The notes under the pieces: generated by a model
The model's input: only the letters and a program-made list of their open reading frames with translations
Database searches by the model: none
What the model was told of the DNA's origin: nothing
Made by a program: the position numbers and the translations under genes
Shown: one piece after another, positions 24,856 through 34,320 of the stretch
Numbering within the stretch: the stretch's first letter is position 1
How the letters are laid out: each line of letters begins with the position of its first letter
Assembly (NCBI GenBank): GCA_000991245.1
Contig: LBRD01000005.1
Coordinates: forward strand, 10,944 to 74,943
From: Parcubacteria group bacterium GW2011_GWC1_36_108
GTDB lineage: Bacteria; Patescibacteriota; Minisyncoccia; Moranbacterales; GWC2-37-73
Direction of reading: 5' to 3'
DNA length: 64,000 nucleotides

Positions 24856-26250
24856 ATGGCTAAAGAATGGAAAGACTACAAACCAAAGCAGGCTCCGGCG
24901 CAAAATTATGATCCGCTGCGCACGCCACCACATAACAATGAGGCTGAAATGTCTATTTTGGGTTCTTTGATGTTGGAAAAAGATGCAGTTATCAAAATTG
25001 CTGATCTTTTAAAAGTTGGTGATTTTTATAAAGACATTCACAATCAGATTTATGAAGCAATGCTGGAACTTTATGAGCAGAGAGAACCTTTGGATGTTTT
25101 GAGTATTTCCAACAAGCTGGATGAAAAAAAACAATTGGAACAAATTGGCGGTTCAAGTTATTTGGCTTCCTTAGTTGGAACAGTTCCATCAGCATCCCAC
25201 ATTGTACATTATGCTAAAGTTGTTCAGAAAAAAGCATTGTTGCGCAGACTTATCAATGCTGCCAGTGAAATTATTGAAGCTGGATTCCGCGAAGGTGATG
25301 ACGTAGAAAAAATTCTCGATGAAGCTGAACAAAAACTTTTTGCTGTTTCTCAAAAATATATAAAGCAGGATTTCTTGCCAATCAAATCAATTTTGGAAGC
25401 TGCCTTTAATCGTATTGATGAGCTTCATCGCGATGGCAACAAGTTCCGCGGAATTCCAACCGGCTTTGCTGATCTTGATAATGTTCTGGCTGGCCTGCAA
25501 AAATCTGATCTTTTGATTCTTGCTGCCCGACCTTCAGTTGGAAAAACATCACTAGCACTCGACATCGCACGTCACGTGGCGGTCAGAGAAAATGCAGCAG
25601 TAGCGATGTTCTCTTTGGAAATGTCAGCCGATCAACTTGTGGATCGTATGCTTGCCGCTGAAGCCAATGTTGATTTGTGGCGACTTCGAACTGGGAGACT
25701 CAACAGTGAAGGCGAGAACAATGACTTTCAACGAATTGGCGAAGCAATGGGTATTCTTTCTGAAGCAAAATTATTCATCGATGATACTGCCAGCGCCAAC
25801 ATTATGGAAATGCGCACAATGGCACGTCGTCTTCAAGCTGATAACAACCTCGGACTTATTATTATCGATTACTTGCAATTGATGGAAGGACGCGGCGGAG
25901 ACAATCGCGTGCAGGAAATTTCTGAAATTTCTCGCGGACTAAAAAATTTGGCTCGTGAACTTAACATTCCAATCATCGCACTTTCGCAGTTATCCCGCGC
26001 CGTTGAAGCTCGCTCTCCACAAATTCCAAAACTTTCTGATCTTCGAGAGTCTGGTTCGATTGAGCAGGATGCTGATGTGGTTCTTTTCCTATACCGCGAA
26101 GATCGCGAAAAACCAGACACCCCAAACAAAGGTATTGTTAAAATCATCATCGCCAAGCATCGTAATGGTCCAGTCGGCGAAGTCAGCGCATTCTTCCAAG
26201 AAAACAGCGCGAGTTTTAGGTCACTCGAGAAAATACACCAACAAAATTAA
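24856..26250 (+). CDS. dnaB: replicative DNA helicase DnaB
   Basis: N-terminal DnaB domain; Walker A (ARPSVGKTSLALDIARHVA); RecA-like C-terminal domain. Confidence 0.93.
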   Translation: MAKEWKDYKPKQAPAQNYDPLRTPPHNNEAEMSILGSLMLEKDAVIKIADLLKVGDFYKDIHNQIYEAMLELYEQREPLDVLSISNKLDEKKQLEQIGGSSYLASLVGTVPSASHIVHYAKVVQKKALLRRLINAASEIIEAGFREGDDVEKILDEAEQKLFAVSQKYIKQDFLPIKSILEAAFNRIDELHRDGNKFRGIPTGFADLDNVLAGLQKSDLLILAARPSVGKTSLALDIARHVAVRENAAVAMFSLEMSADQLVDRMLAAEANVDLWRLRTGRLNSEGENNDFQRIGEAMGILSEAKLFIDDTASANIMEMRTMARRLQADNNLGLIIIDYLQLMEGRGGDNRVQEISEISRGLKNLARELNIPIIALSQLSRAVEARSPQIPKLSDLRESGSIEQDADVVLFLYREDREKPDTPNKGIVKIIIAKHRNGPVGEVSAFFQENSASFRSLEKIHQQN

Positions 26251-26384
26251 ATCCGAAATACGAAGCACGAAACTCGAAACAATATCAAAACTCTAATAAC
26301 AAAAATTCGAAACATTTTGAAAATTTGAATTTATTATTTAAAATTGATTTAAAATTTATAATTTAAAATTTAAAATTAAACCTC

Positions 26385-26972
26385 GTGTATCCCAAAGCAT
26401 TTCAAAAATTAATCAAGAATCTTGCTTCCCTTCCTTCGGTTGGTCCTAAAATGGCCGAGCGGTTAGTGCTTTTTCTTTTCAAGCAGGATATTGAAAAAAT
26501 TCGCGATTTTGCAGAAAATCTCTTGGAAATCAAGAATATGAAAATTTGCAAAAGGTGTTTCAACATTGCTGAAGCAGAACTTTGCGAATATTGCAAAGAT
26601 GAAAGACGCGACCAACATTCAATTTGCGTTGTTGAAGAACCACTCGACATCATTTCACTTGAACGCACCAAGGCATACACCGGACTATATCACGTTCTTG
26701 GCGGTGTCATTCAAGTTGGAGATTCTGGTGCAGAACTCAAAATTCCCGAACTTATCTCTCGCATTGAAAATGAAAAAATTACCGAGGTTATTCTGGCCAC
26801 CAATCCAACAACTGAAGGCGATGCGACCGCACTTTATCTCAAACGCAAAATTCAACCACTTGGAATAAAAATCACCCGTCTTGGACGCGGTCTTTCAACC
26901 GGAGCGGATTTGGAATATGCCGACGAACTCACTCTTTCAGAAGCATTGACAAATCGCAAGGAATTGCTATAA
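26385..26972 (+). CDS. recR: recombination protein RecR
   Basis: HhH (SLPSVGPKMAERL), C4 zinc finger (CKRCFNIAEAELCEYC) and Toprim domain. Confidence 0.88.
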   Translation: MYPKAFQKLIKNLASLPSVGPKMAERLVLFLFKQDIEKIRDFAENLLEIKNMKICKRCFNIAEAELCEYCKDERRDQHSICVVEEPLDIISLERTKAYTGLYHVLGGVIQVGDSGAELKIPELISRIENEKITEVILATNPTTEGDATALYLKRKIQPLGIKITRLGRGLSTGADLEYADELTLSEALTNRKELL

Positions 26973-27025
26973 TATCAAGTCAATTGATGCAGCACATTAA
27001 AAAAATATACGGAGGATAACGCGCC

Positions 27026-27331
27026 ATGCTCACAACAGTTCTGATTTCCAGTGGAATTTCGGTTATAGATCCAATGACTTTTGATAGTCTTGACTCTATA
27101 AAGAAATTTGTCACAGACAAATTAAGAGAAATTTTTTACAACAACTTTCCATTTGGGGACATTTTTGATCCAGAAAAAATCATTGTAGAAATTCCTAGCA
27201 ACATCGGGAACACCGTCTGTTTTCATTTTTGCCAAAGTATGGTTAAAAAAAATGACGGCCCACCCTTTATGATTGCGGATGTGACAGTTCACGGAGAAGA
27301 GCACATTGGCTGGATAAAATACATTGATTGA
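27026..27331 (+). CDS. hypothetical protein (first gene of a three-gene SD-bearing operon)
   Basis: 101 aa; GGAGG SD; no known domain. Confidence 0.5.
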   Translation: MLTTVLISSGISVIDPMTFDSLDSIKKFVTDKLREIFYNNFPFGDIFDPEKIIVEIPSNIGNTVCFHFCQSMVKKNDGPPFMIADVTVHGEEHIGWIKYID

Positions 27332-27364
27332 GTTTCTTACTAAAACAAAACTAAGGAGGACCGT

Positions 27365-27838
27365 ATGGCTAAAATTAAGCTTGATCGCAAGGATATCAAA
27401 AAATTACTACCACACCGCTTTTGGATGCTGTTTATTTCGAGTGCTATTTACGAGGAAGGTTCCAAAGAAATTATTGCATACAAAAAAATATCCTGGTGGC
27501 GCGACTTTCCTTTTCTGTTTGGACATTTTTTTACTGAAGTGTTTTATCCAGGAGTTTGTCAATATGAATGCTTTAACCAAGCAGCTGCTCTCTTGGTCAA
27601 GCTCATGAATCCGACATCAGTCAATGGCCTACCAAAGGTTGTCGGCTACGAAGGAATCAAGCATCTTACTCCGGTAAAAGCGGGAGATTATCTTGAAATT
27701 CATGTGCAACTAGATAAGGCTAAGATGGGTGTGTACTTTTTTTCTGGAGAAATATCAAAAAGGGATGCCCGTGGATTGTTGCGTGCAGTAGAAATAAAGA
27801 AGATGCAGGGAGTAGCTGATGCTCCAAAATCAAAATAA
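27365..27838 (+). CDS. hotdog-fold FabZ/FabA-like dehydratase family protein
   Basis: 157 aa; AAGGAGG SD; LPHRFWMLF motif resembling FabZ LPHRFPFLLVD, plus a FGHFF segment. Confidence 0.6.
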   Translation: MAKIKLDRKDIKKLLPHRFWMLFISSAIYEEGSKEIIAYKKISWWRDFPFLFGHFFTEVFYPGVCQYECFNQAAALLVKLMNPTSVNGLPKVVGYEGIKHLTPVKAGDYLEIHVQLDKAKMGVYFFSGEISKRDARGLLRAVEIKKMQGVADAPKSK

Positions 27839-27854
27839 CCAAAGGAGATTTGCC

Positions 27855-28310
27855 ATGCAAGAATCAATAACAATCCTCATTGGAAATCCTGCGAATGCGC
27901 TATACAAAATTGCCGCAAGTCGAGCTTCTGCAAAAACTCCTGGCGATAAAATTCTTTATCCTCATTTTGAAATACTAGCAGATAAGGAAATAGTACACGC
28001 AGGCGACATTGACCGCGTTACCGTAGTTTCCACTGGATTATCCGATGAAGAAGAATTACTGATAATGAAAGGTTTGGCAAAATATTGTGGAACAACAGGA
28101 GCCTCTGCCAGAAAATACCTTTCAGAAAAAGGCTCCGTAGCCATGAATGCAGAGAAAAGCATTAATGCAGTTGAAAGAGCAATGGGTCTTCCCGAAACCA
28201 CTTCCGAACAAAGAAAAGAGGAATGGAAAAAACTCATGGCTGCCAATGGCGACGCGATACTTTCAGCCTGCAAAGAAGGACCAAGACCGGGAGATCTTGG
28301 TTGCGACTAA
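27855..28310 (+). CDS. hypothetical protein (third gene of the operon)
   Basis: Start placed at MQESIT with AAGGAG 8 nt upstream; ~43% GC. Confidence 0.5.
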   Translation: MQESITILIGNPANALYKIAASRASAKTPGDKILYPHFEILADKEIVHAGDIDRVTVVSTGLSDEEELLIMKGLAKYCGTTGASARKYLSEKGSVAMNAEKSINAVERAMGLPETTSEQRKEEWKKLMAANGDAILSACKEGPRPGDLGCD

Positions 28311-28335
28311 TATCTCCATAAAATACTACAAAAAA

Positions 28336-28362
28336 AGCCCCACGGACTCCGCGGGGCTTTTT
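28336..28362. terminator. bidirectional rho-independent terminator (ends the + operon and rplU)
   Basis: aaaaaagccccacggactccgcggggcttttt. Confidence 0.6.
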
Positions 28363-28425
28363 CATATTCAAAGTGTATTTTGTTGTAGATTGAAAGTTGT
28401 TTGTTGTTTGTTGTATGTTACATGA

Positions 28426-28734
28426 TTACGCGATTTTCGTAATTTCCACTTCAGTAAAAAGTTGCTTGTGACCAAATTTAACTTTGTATCTTTTCTTTGG
28501 TTTGTGCTTGATACCCCAAACTTTCTTGTGACGTCCTTGCTCTACCAAAGTTCCTTCAACTTTTGCACCTTCAATGAAAGGAGTTCCGATTTTTGCATCT
28601 TTTTCATCTCCAATAAAAAGCACTTCGTCAAAAGTAATAACTGCGCCAGCTTCTCCTTCAAGCTTTTCAATCTTGATCTTGTCCCCAACAGCTACTTTGT
28701 ATTGCTTTCCGCCTGTTTTGATAATTGCTAACAT
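28426..28734 (-). CDS. rplU: 50S ribosomal protein L21
   Basis: MLAIIKTGGKQYKV...KKVWGIKHKPKKRYKVKFGH. Confidence 0.93.
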   Translation of the reverse strand: MLAIIKTGGKQYKVAVGDKIKIEKLEGEAGAVITFDEVLFIGDEKDAKIGTPFIEGAKVEGTLVEQGRHKKVWGIKHKPKKRYKVKFGHKQLFTEVEITKIA

Positions 28735-28792
28735 TTTTTTATGTATAATTTAAGCCATTTAGTTACTAAATCAGTATAACCGAAAATCAAAA

Positions 28793-30622
28793 CTATGTCA
28801 ACACAGCTTTAATCCTCCTTACGCCACTTGACGATGCTTCTTCTTTTTGAATTTTGAAATGACCCAATTCACCAGTATTTTTGGCGTGCGGTCCTCCGCA
28901 AATTTCACGACTAACCACTTCTCCGGCGTCATTTATGATTGAATATACGGTCACTTTTTCGCCATATTTTGATTCAAAAACTCCCATAGCATTTAGCTTT
29001 TTAGCTTGCTCCAAGGTCATTTCTTCATTCAAAACGTCCAATTTGGCCTCTATTGCTCTGTTCACGAGGTTTTCTATCAATATGAGCTGCTCAGGCACTA
29101 CCTTTTCCGGATGCGAGAAATCGAGCCGTAGTCGCTCTGGTGTGATGTTAGAACCTTTTTGAAATACATGATCACCCAATATTTGCCTAAGTGAAGCCAA
29201 AAGAAGATGCGCCGCGGTGTGCAATCTGGCTGTTTCCTCTCCAGAATCTGCGAGTCCACCTTTAAACATTCCGGCTGAAGCCGTGCGAGAAAGATCTTGG
29301 TGTTTTTTCATTTCATCTCCAGCTTCTTTCTCATCAACTATTACACCCTTTTCCTTGGCAATTTCAATTGTAAGTTCCAATGGAAATCCATAAGTTTGAT
29401 ACAAATCAAAAGCATCTTTTCCTGATATCGCAGTGCTGGATAATTTATTAAATTGTTTCAAGCCATTTTCCAAAGTCTTTCTAAATTTCTCTTCCTCTTT
29501 TTTCAACTCTGCAAAAATTATTTCTCTTTGCTTTTTGAGTTCTGGATAAAAATCTCCAAAATTTTGAATAACAATTTCAGCCAAACTGACTGTAAAATCT
29601 TTTTCAATTCCCAAAAGTTTTCCATAGCGCACTGCCCGACGAATGAGTCGTCGCAAAACATAACCAGCTCCAGTATTAAGAGGCGTCACGCCATCGGCAA
29701 TCATAAAAACACTGGCGCGAACATGATCAGCGATAATGCGAAATGCCTTTTTTGTTTCGTCGCTATCTTGATAACCACTGCCAGAAATTTCAGCTATTTT
29801 TTCAAAAAGTGGTTTAAATAATTCAGTTTCAAAAACCGTGTATTCCCCATCAAGGACTGTCAGTGTCCTTTCAACTCCCATTCCAGTGTCAACATTCGGT
29901 TTGGCAAGTTTTTCATATTTACCTTCAGCCGTTTTGTTAAACTCCATAAAAACATTATTCCAGACTTCCATAATTCTGAAACTATCAACCAAATCTCCAA
30001 ATTTTCCTTCGAGTTTTCCTTCTTCAGGACGCATATCATAAAACATTTCTGTGTCACCTCCGCATGGACCAGTCGCACCAGCAATCCAAAAATTATCATC
30101 GGTTCCAAGTGGAATGATGCGCACATTACTTTTTATCATTTCATCTTCGCCTGCAACCTCAACCTCCATCCCGGCATCTGCAAAAACTTTTTGCCAAGTT
30201 GCAATCGCTTCCTCATCTCGCGGAATAACATTTTCACCCTTAAAAACCGTCACATACAATCTATTTTTATCAAGTCCTAACCATTTTGGATCAGTCAAAA
30301 ATTCAAAGCTCCAAACAATTGCTTCCTTTTTGAAATAATCTCCAAAACTCCAATTCCCCATCATTTCAAAAAAAGTCAGATGACGATTGTCGCCCACATC
30401 ATCAATGTCCCCAGTGCGCACACACTTTTGCACATTAGCAACACGATTACCTCCCGGATGCTGTTCGCCTAAAAGATATGGCACCAAGGGATGCATACCG
30501 GCAGTCGTAAAAAGCGTTGAACCATCAGTTTCACGCGGAACCAAAGAAGCCGAAGGGATGATTGTGTGTCCCTTGCTTTCAAAAAAATCAAGATATTTTT
30601 TTCTAAGTTCATTTGCTGTCAT
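28793..30622 (-). CDS. alaS: alanine--tRNA ligase, short form (catalytic and editing domains only; no C-terminal C-Ala domain)
   Basis: 609 aa; N-terminal class-II core; editing-domain HxxxH/CGGxH motifs near the C-terminus (CGGPHAKNTGELG). Confidence 0.9.
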   Translation of the reverse strand: MTANELRKKYLDFFESKGHTIIPSASLVPRETDGSTLFTTAGMHPLVPYLLGEQHPGGNRVANVQKCVRTGDIDDVGDNRHLTFFEMMGNWSFGDYFKKEAIVWSFEFLTDPKWLGLDKNRLYVTVFKGENVIPRDEEAIATWQKVFADAGMEVEVAGEDEMIKSNVRIIPLGTDDNFWIAGATGPCGGDTEMFYDMRPEEGKLEGKFGDLVDSFRIMEVWNNVFMEFNKTAEGKYEKLAKPNVDTGMGVERTLTVLDGEYTVFETELFKPLFEKIAEISGSGYQDSDETKKAFRIIADHVRASVFMIADGVTPLNTGAGYVLRRLIRRAVRYGKLLGIEKDFTVSLAEIVIQNFGDFYPELKKQREIIFAELKKEEEKFRKTLENGLKQFNKLSSTAISGKDAFDLYQTYGFPLELTIEIAKEKGVIVDEKEAGDEMKKHQDLSRTASAGMFKGGLADSGEETARLHTAAHLLLASLRQILGDHVFQKGSNITPERLRLDFSHPEKVVPEQLILIENLVNRAIEAKLDVLNEEMTLEQAKKLNAMGVFESKYGEKVTVYSIINDAGEVVSREICGGPHAKNTGELGHFKIQKEEASSSGVRRIKAVLT

Positions 30623-30625
30623 ATG

Positions 30626-30662
30626 GGTAGGTGTTAGGTTTTAGTTTTTAGGTTCTAGGCTC
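30626..30662. repeat. 7-bp tandem repeat tract (TAGGNNN)x5 ending 3 nt before the alaS ATG
   Basis: taggtgttaggttttagtttttaggttctaggctctg; mRNA-sense reads ...cctaacacctacccatATG. Confidence 0.55.
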
Positions 30663-30675
30663 TGTATCAAAAAGT

Positions 30676-30900
30676 TTATTTTAGCATTTTTTGGACTTCA
30701 TTCTCAATGGCGTCCCAATCACTGCCACTAAATTTTTTCAATTGATCTTTTTTCTTGAGCATTCCCATAATATCAGCAACATCCTTTTTGTCTTTCGCTG
30801 CCCTCACAGCATCATCAATCGCATCGATTGTAAAGCCATGCAATTTAATTTCTTTTTGCTCGACAATACCCAGTATAAATCCTTTCAAATCTACGTACAT
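30676..30900 (-). CDS. small hypothetical protein (74 aa)
   Basis: ORF only; same orientation as its neighbours. Confidence 0.35.
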   Translation of the reverse strand: MYVDLKGFILGIVEQKEIKLHGFTIDAIDDAVRAAKDKKDVADIMGMLKKKDQLKKFSGSDWDAIENEVQKMLK

Positions 30901-30929
30901 ATTTTTTACTGATTATTTATTACCTTTTA

Positions 30930-31190
30930 TTACCTCCCCAAATTATTCATTTGATGTTTAAGTTTGATAATCTCAAGCTGCATTTGCTGATGATCAGCAG
31001 TCAATTTTTTCAATTGATTTTCCCTGAGAAGAGTTTCGGTTTGAAGTTGCGACTGTTTGTGTTTAAGTTCGCGCAAAACAACATCAACATCCAACATAGC
31101 ACGCTCACTTCTTTTTATGTCAGAATCTTTGAGCATTATCGCCATCTGCAACTTTTTTCTCTGCGCCAACAATTCAGGATCCATTTGCAT
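30930..31190 (-). CDS. small coiled-coil hypothetical protein (86 aa)
   Basis: Heptad-rich sequence; preceded by a CCTAANN repeat leader. Confidence 0.4.
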   Translation of the reverse strand: MQMDPELLAQRKKLQMAIMLKDSDIKRSERAMLDVDVVLRELKHKQSQLQTETLLRENQLKKLTADHQQMQLEIIKLKHQMNNLGR

Positions 31191-31193
31191 AAG

Positions 31194-31276
31194 TTTAGGA
31201 GTTAGTAATTAGAAATTAGGAATTAGGCAATAAAAATCCTGCATTTTACTACAACCTAATTCCTACAACCTACAAG
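31194..31276. repeat. TTAGNAA/CCTAANN 7-bp repeats forming an inverted repeat ending 3 nt before the ATG at 31190
   Basis: ttagtaattagaaattaggaattaggc ... acaacctaattcctacaacctac. Confidence 0.5.
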
Positions 31277-32398
31277 CTATAATATGATTCCTCCGCCCAA
31301 CACCTCATTGTCATCCGCATAAAACACAGCACTTTGCCCTGGCGTTATCGCCTTTTGTCTTTCCAAAAACTCCACTTCCAAAACGGTATTTTTTTGAGCC
31401 CCTGTTGTATGTTGCTTGTTGTATGTTGCTTGTTGTTTTATTATACCACGCACCAAAGGATGCCGGTATCTTATTTTTACATTTACCTCTAATGGCAATT
31501 TCGGCTCATCCGCAATCCAGTTTTTAAGTTCAACTGTCATTATTTTTTTAAACACTTTTTCATCTTCTTCATTATTAGTAACGATGAGTTGATTATTCTT
31601 AAAATCACGCTGGACCACAAAATATGGTCCATTGCCGCCAATATTAATTCCCTTGCGTTGACCAATAGTATAAGTTTCTAGTCCATCATGTGTGCCAATT
31701 TTTTTACCTTCGGTATTAATAATATCTCCTGGCGACAAAGCAAGATTACGTTTGATGAATTTGGTTGGAGTTTTTTCCGGTGTAAAACAAAGACCTTGCG
31801 AATCTTCCTTATCAAAAACTGGCAACTTTATTTTTTCGGCAATTTTTCTTATAGCAGGTTTTTTATATGTTCCCACGGGAAATAAAATTTTTGCGAGCTG
31901 TGCCTGCTTTAAGGAATAAAGAAAATACGTCTGATCTTTTTCTTCATCACTTGAAGTGTAGAGATGAAACTTTCCATCAATATTTTTCACTTCAGCATAA
32001 TGTCCAGTTGCCACAAAATCAGCGTCCATCTCCAACATCTTTTTAAACAAAAAATTAAATTTGATTCTTTCATTGCAAACCACGCAAGGATTTGGAGTGC
32101 GTCCAGCTTTTATTTCTGAAAGAAAATAATCCACGACTTCTTTTTTAAATTCTTGAGCAGCGTTGGAAGTATAAAGAGGGATGTCCAAAATTTGAGCCAC
32201 TTTTCGAGCATCTTGTTGAGATTCAACACTGCAACATTTGTTCTCTCTAAGTTCATCCTGTCCTGGTTCTTTCCAAAAATGCAAAAAAACACCCACGACA
32301 TCATAGCCTTGTTCTTTTAGAAGTGCGGCTGCCACCGAAGAGTCCACCCCGGCGCTCATCCCCACAATTACCCTCTTCTTGATTATATTCTTACTCAT
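31277..32398 (-). CDS. mnmA: tRNA 2-thiouridine(34) synthase MnmA
   Basis: PP-loop VIVGMSAGVDSSVAA; 14-bp in-frame tandem duplication at 31390-31420. Confidence 0.9.
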   Translation of the reverse strand: MSKNIIKKRVIVGMSAGVDSSVAAALLKEQGYDVVGVFLHFWKEPGQDELRENKCCSVESQQDARKVAQILDIPLYTSNAAQEFKKEVVDYFLSEIKAGRTPNPCVVCNERIKFNFLFKKMLEMDADFVATGHYAEVKNIDGKFHLYTSSDEEKDQTYFLYSLKQAQLAKILFPVGTYKKPAIRKIAEKIKLPVFDKEDSQGLCFTPEKTPTKFIKRNLALSPGDIINTEGKKIGTHDGLETYTIGQRKGINIGGNGPYFVVQRDFKNNQLIVTNNEEDEKVFKKIMTVELKNWIADEPKLPLEVNVKIRYRHPLVRGIIKQQATYNKQHTTGAQKNTVLEVEFLERQKAITPGQSAVFYADDNEVLGGGIIL

Positions 32399-32451
32399 AT
32401 GTACTTCATAATACCACCATTTTTCCTCATTGTAAACAAAAAACTAGCCAA

Positions 32452-32709
32452 TCAATTAGCTTTTTTGATTTGGGATATTAATTCCGATTTTTCTTCTCGT
32501 GATAATTTTTTGATACGATTTTCCTCTTTTGATGCAGTAGAGCGATTTTTGAATTTTTTTGCATAAACAAGTTCAACTGGCCGCCTACCACTCGTATATT
32601 TTGCGCCCAACTTTAAATTATTATGCTCATCAACTCTTCTTTTCAAATCTGTCGTAATGCCAGTATAAAAAGTTTTGTCAGAGCATTTCAAAATATATAT
32701 TTGCCACAT
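32452..32709 (-). CDS. GIY-YIG nuclease family protein (UPF0213/YhbQ-like)
   Basis: YILKCSDKTFYTGITTDLKRRVDEHN...GAKYTSGRRPVELVY. Confidence 0.75.
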   Translation of the reverse strand: MWQIYILKCSDKTFYTGITTDLKRRVDEHNNLKLGAKYTSGRRPVELVYAKKFKNRSTASKEENRIKKLSREEKSELISQIKKAN

Positions 32710-32898
32710 TTACTTGGAATATTTCGCCTTAAAATTATCCAGCTCCTCTTTGGGCACATTCTCCTCAATTCTTCTGACAATTTGATGAGCTCGAGTTGCA
32801 GAAATTTTACATTCTTTTGCAATATCACGAAAAAACTTACCTTCAACATGCATCTGATATATTTTTTTCCTTTCCTTTGTAAAATTATACGCTCCCAT
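32710..32898 (-). CDS. small HTH (sigma-70 region-4-like) DNA-binding protein
   Basis: FRDIAKECKISATRAHQIVRRIE; start placed at MGAYNF to avoid overlapping the helicase gene. Confidence 0.5.
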   Translation of the reverse strand: MGAYNFTKERKKIYQMHVEGKFFRDIAKECKISATRAHQIVRRIEENVPKEELDNFKAKYSK

Positions 32899-32918
32899 AA
32901 TTTTATTTTTTTTAATTT

Positions 32919-34232
32919 TTACACACAATTTTTTAAAAATGTTTTTTGGAGTTCCCGCTTTTTCAAAATTTTCATCTTGAGAACATATGTATCATTGTCA
33001 CGAGAAAGTTTCTCTAGAATTTTATTAAATTCATATACTTTTGGATTTACTTCCAAGGCTACTTTATTAATTCCTAATAATTTTATACCATCCAATGTCC
33101 TAACTCGCGAGAGTGCAACGTATCCCATTCCGTATTCAAAAGATTTAGACAAATCCATTTCAACCGCATCCAAGGTCATTCCCTGACTTTTATGCACTGT
33201 GATTGCCCAAGCAAGTCTTAGTGGTATTTGTGTTATGGTGGCAAGCGCTGATTCATTTTCTTCGATTGACCATTTCTCAGGATTTGCAATTATCGTTTTA
33301 CCAGAAAAAGTTTTTACTATCGGTGTACCAGCATGATCAAAATTAGTCACCATTCCCAATGTTCCATTAACATAACCTTTTTCAAAATTATTTTTCACAA
33401 ACATAACCACCGCACCTTTCTTGAGAAATAATGTTTCCGGAGCAAGACATCCCTTTTTTACCGCAGCTGCCACAAATTCATTTCCCTTGGAACTCATCTC
33501 AAAAATTCTAGCTTCTTCTTTTATCTTCTTAAGTTCCAAATTATTAATAGCATCAACATTTATATTATGTGTAAATAACTTGGTTGGCGTAACACTATTT
33601 TTTATATTTTTATTTTGACGTGACAAAATTAAATCTAAGGTTTTCTGATTGCAAGACTTGTTTCTGATGTCGTTTAAAATTTTAAGCATCTGTCCATCTT
33701 CTTGTCTATGTTGTTCTTCCAAATAACAAATTTTTGGAGCCATTTCTTGCCAAGCCGCAGATTCAATAACAAAGCGAGACTCTTCTCCAGATTTTGCCAC
33801 TGGTGGCAATTGAAAAAAATCTCCACACAAAATAACCTGCAATCCACCAAATGGCGAAAATGGCTCTTTAAATTTTTTGCAAATTGCATTAATAATATCG
33901 AGTTGATGCGCATGAAGCATAGACACTTCATCAATAATAAGCACGCTCGTGGTTGCAAAGCGTTGTTTATGATAATGTCTTTTTTTGAGCTTAGTATAAT
34001 CCTCTTCCGTGAATGTATCACTGATCCCCATTCCGGACCAAGAATGAATAGTTTGACCATTCATATGGGTCGCTGCAATTCCGGTTGAAGCAGTAATCGC
34101 CACACCAATACTATTCTCTTTTAGATATTCAATATATTGCTTTAACAAATATGTCTTGCCAGAGCCAGCAGGTCCCGTCAAAAAAACGTTATGTCCAAGC
34201 TTTAAAATATCGAGTGCTGTTTTTTGTTTCAT
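32919..34232 (-). CDS. PIF1/RecD-like ATP-dependent DNA helicase (AAA_30)
   Basis: Walker A FLTGPAGSGKT; LIIDEVSM; CGDFFQLPPV; C-terminal SH3-like fold. Confidence 0.8.
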   Translation of the reverse strand: MKQKTALDILKLGHNVFLTGPAGSGKTYLLKQYIEYLKENSIGVAITASTGIAATHMNGQTIHSWSGMGISDTFTEEDYTKLKKRHYHKQRFATTSVLIIDEVSMLHAHQLDIINAICKKFKEPFSPFGGLQVILCGDFFQLPPVAKSGEESRFVIESAAWQEMAPKICYLEEQHRQEDGQMLKILNDIRNKSCNQKTLDLILSRQNKNIKNSVTPTKLFTHNINVDAINNLELKKIKEEARIFEMSSKGNEFVAAAVKKGCLAPETLFLKKGAVVMFVKNNFEKGYVNGTLGMVTNFDHAGTPIVKTFSGKTIIANPEKWSIEENESALATITQIPLRLAWAITVHKSQGMTLDAVEMDLSKSFEYGMGYVALSRVRTLDGIKLLGINKVALEVNPKVYEFNKILEKLSRDNDTYVLKMKILKKRELQKTFLKNCV

Positions 34233-34320
34233 AAAATAAGCTTATCCTGTTTAGCTATTTTATTCAAGAGACAAAAAACAATCCCAATTAAATGGGACTG
34301 TTTTTGAGTTTCTGTTTTTT

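Noticed and set aside
26251-26384. AT-rich tract with CGAAA and TTTAAAAT repeats between dnaB and recR as a possible replication origin.
   Set aside because: No DnaA-box clusters (TTATCCACA-like) and no dnaA or dnaN nearby. dnaB is not an origin marker, so this is most likely an ordinary AT-rich spacer.
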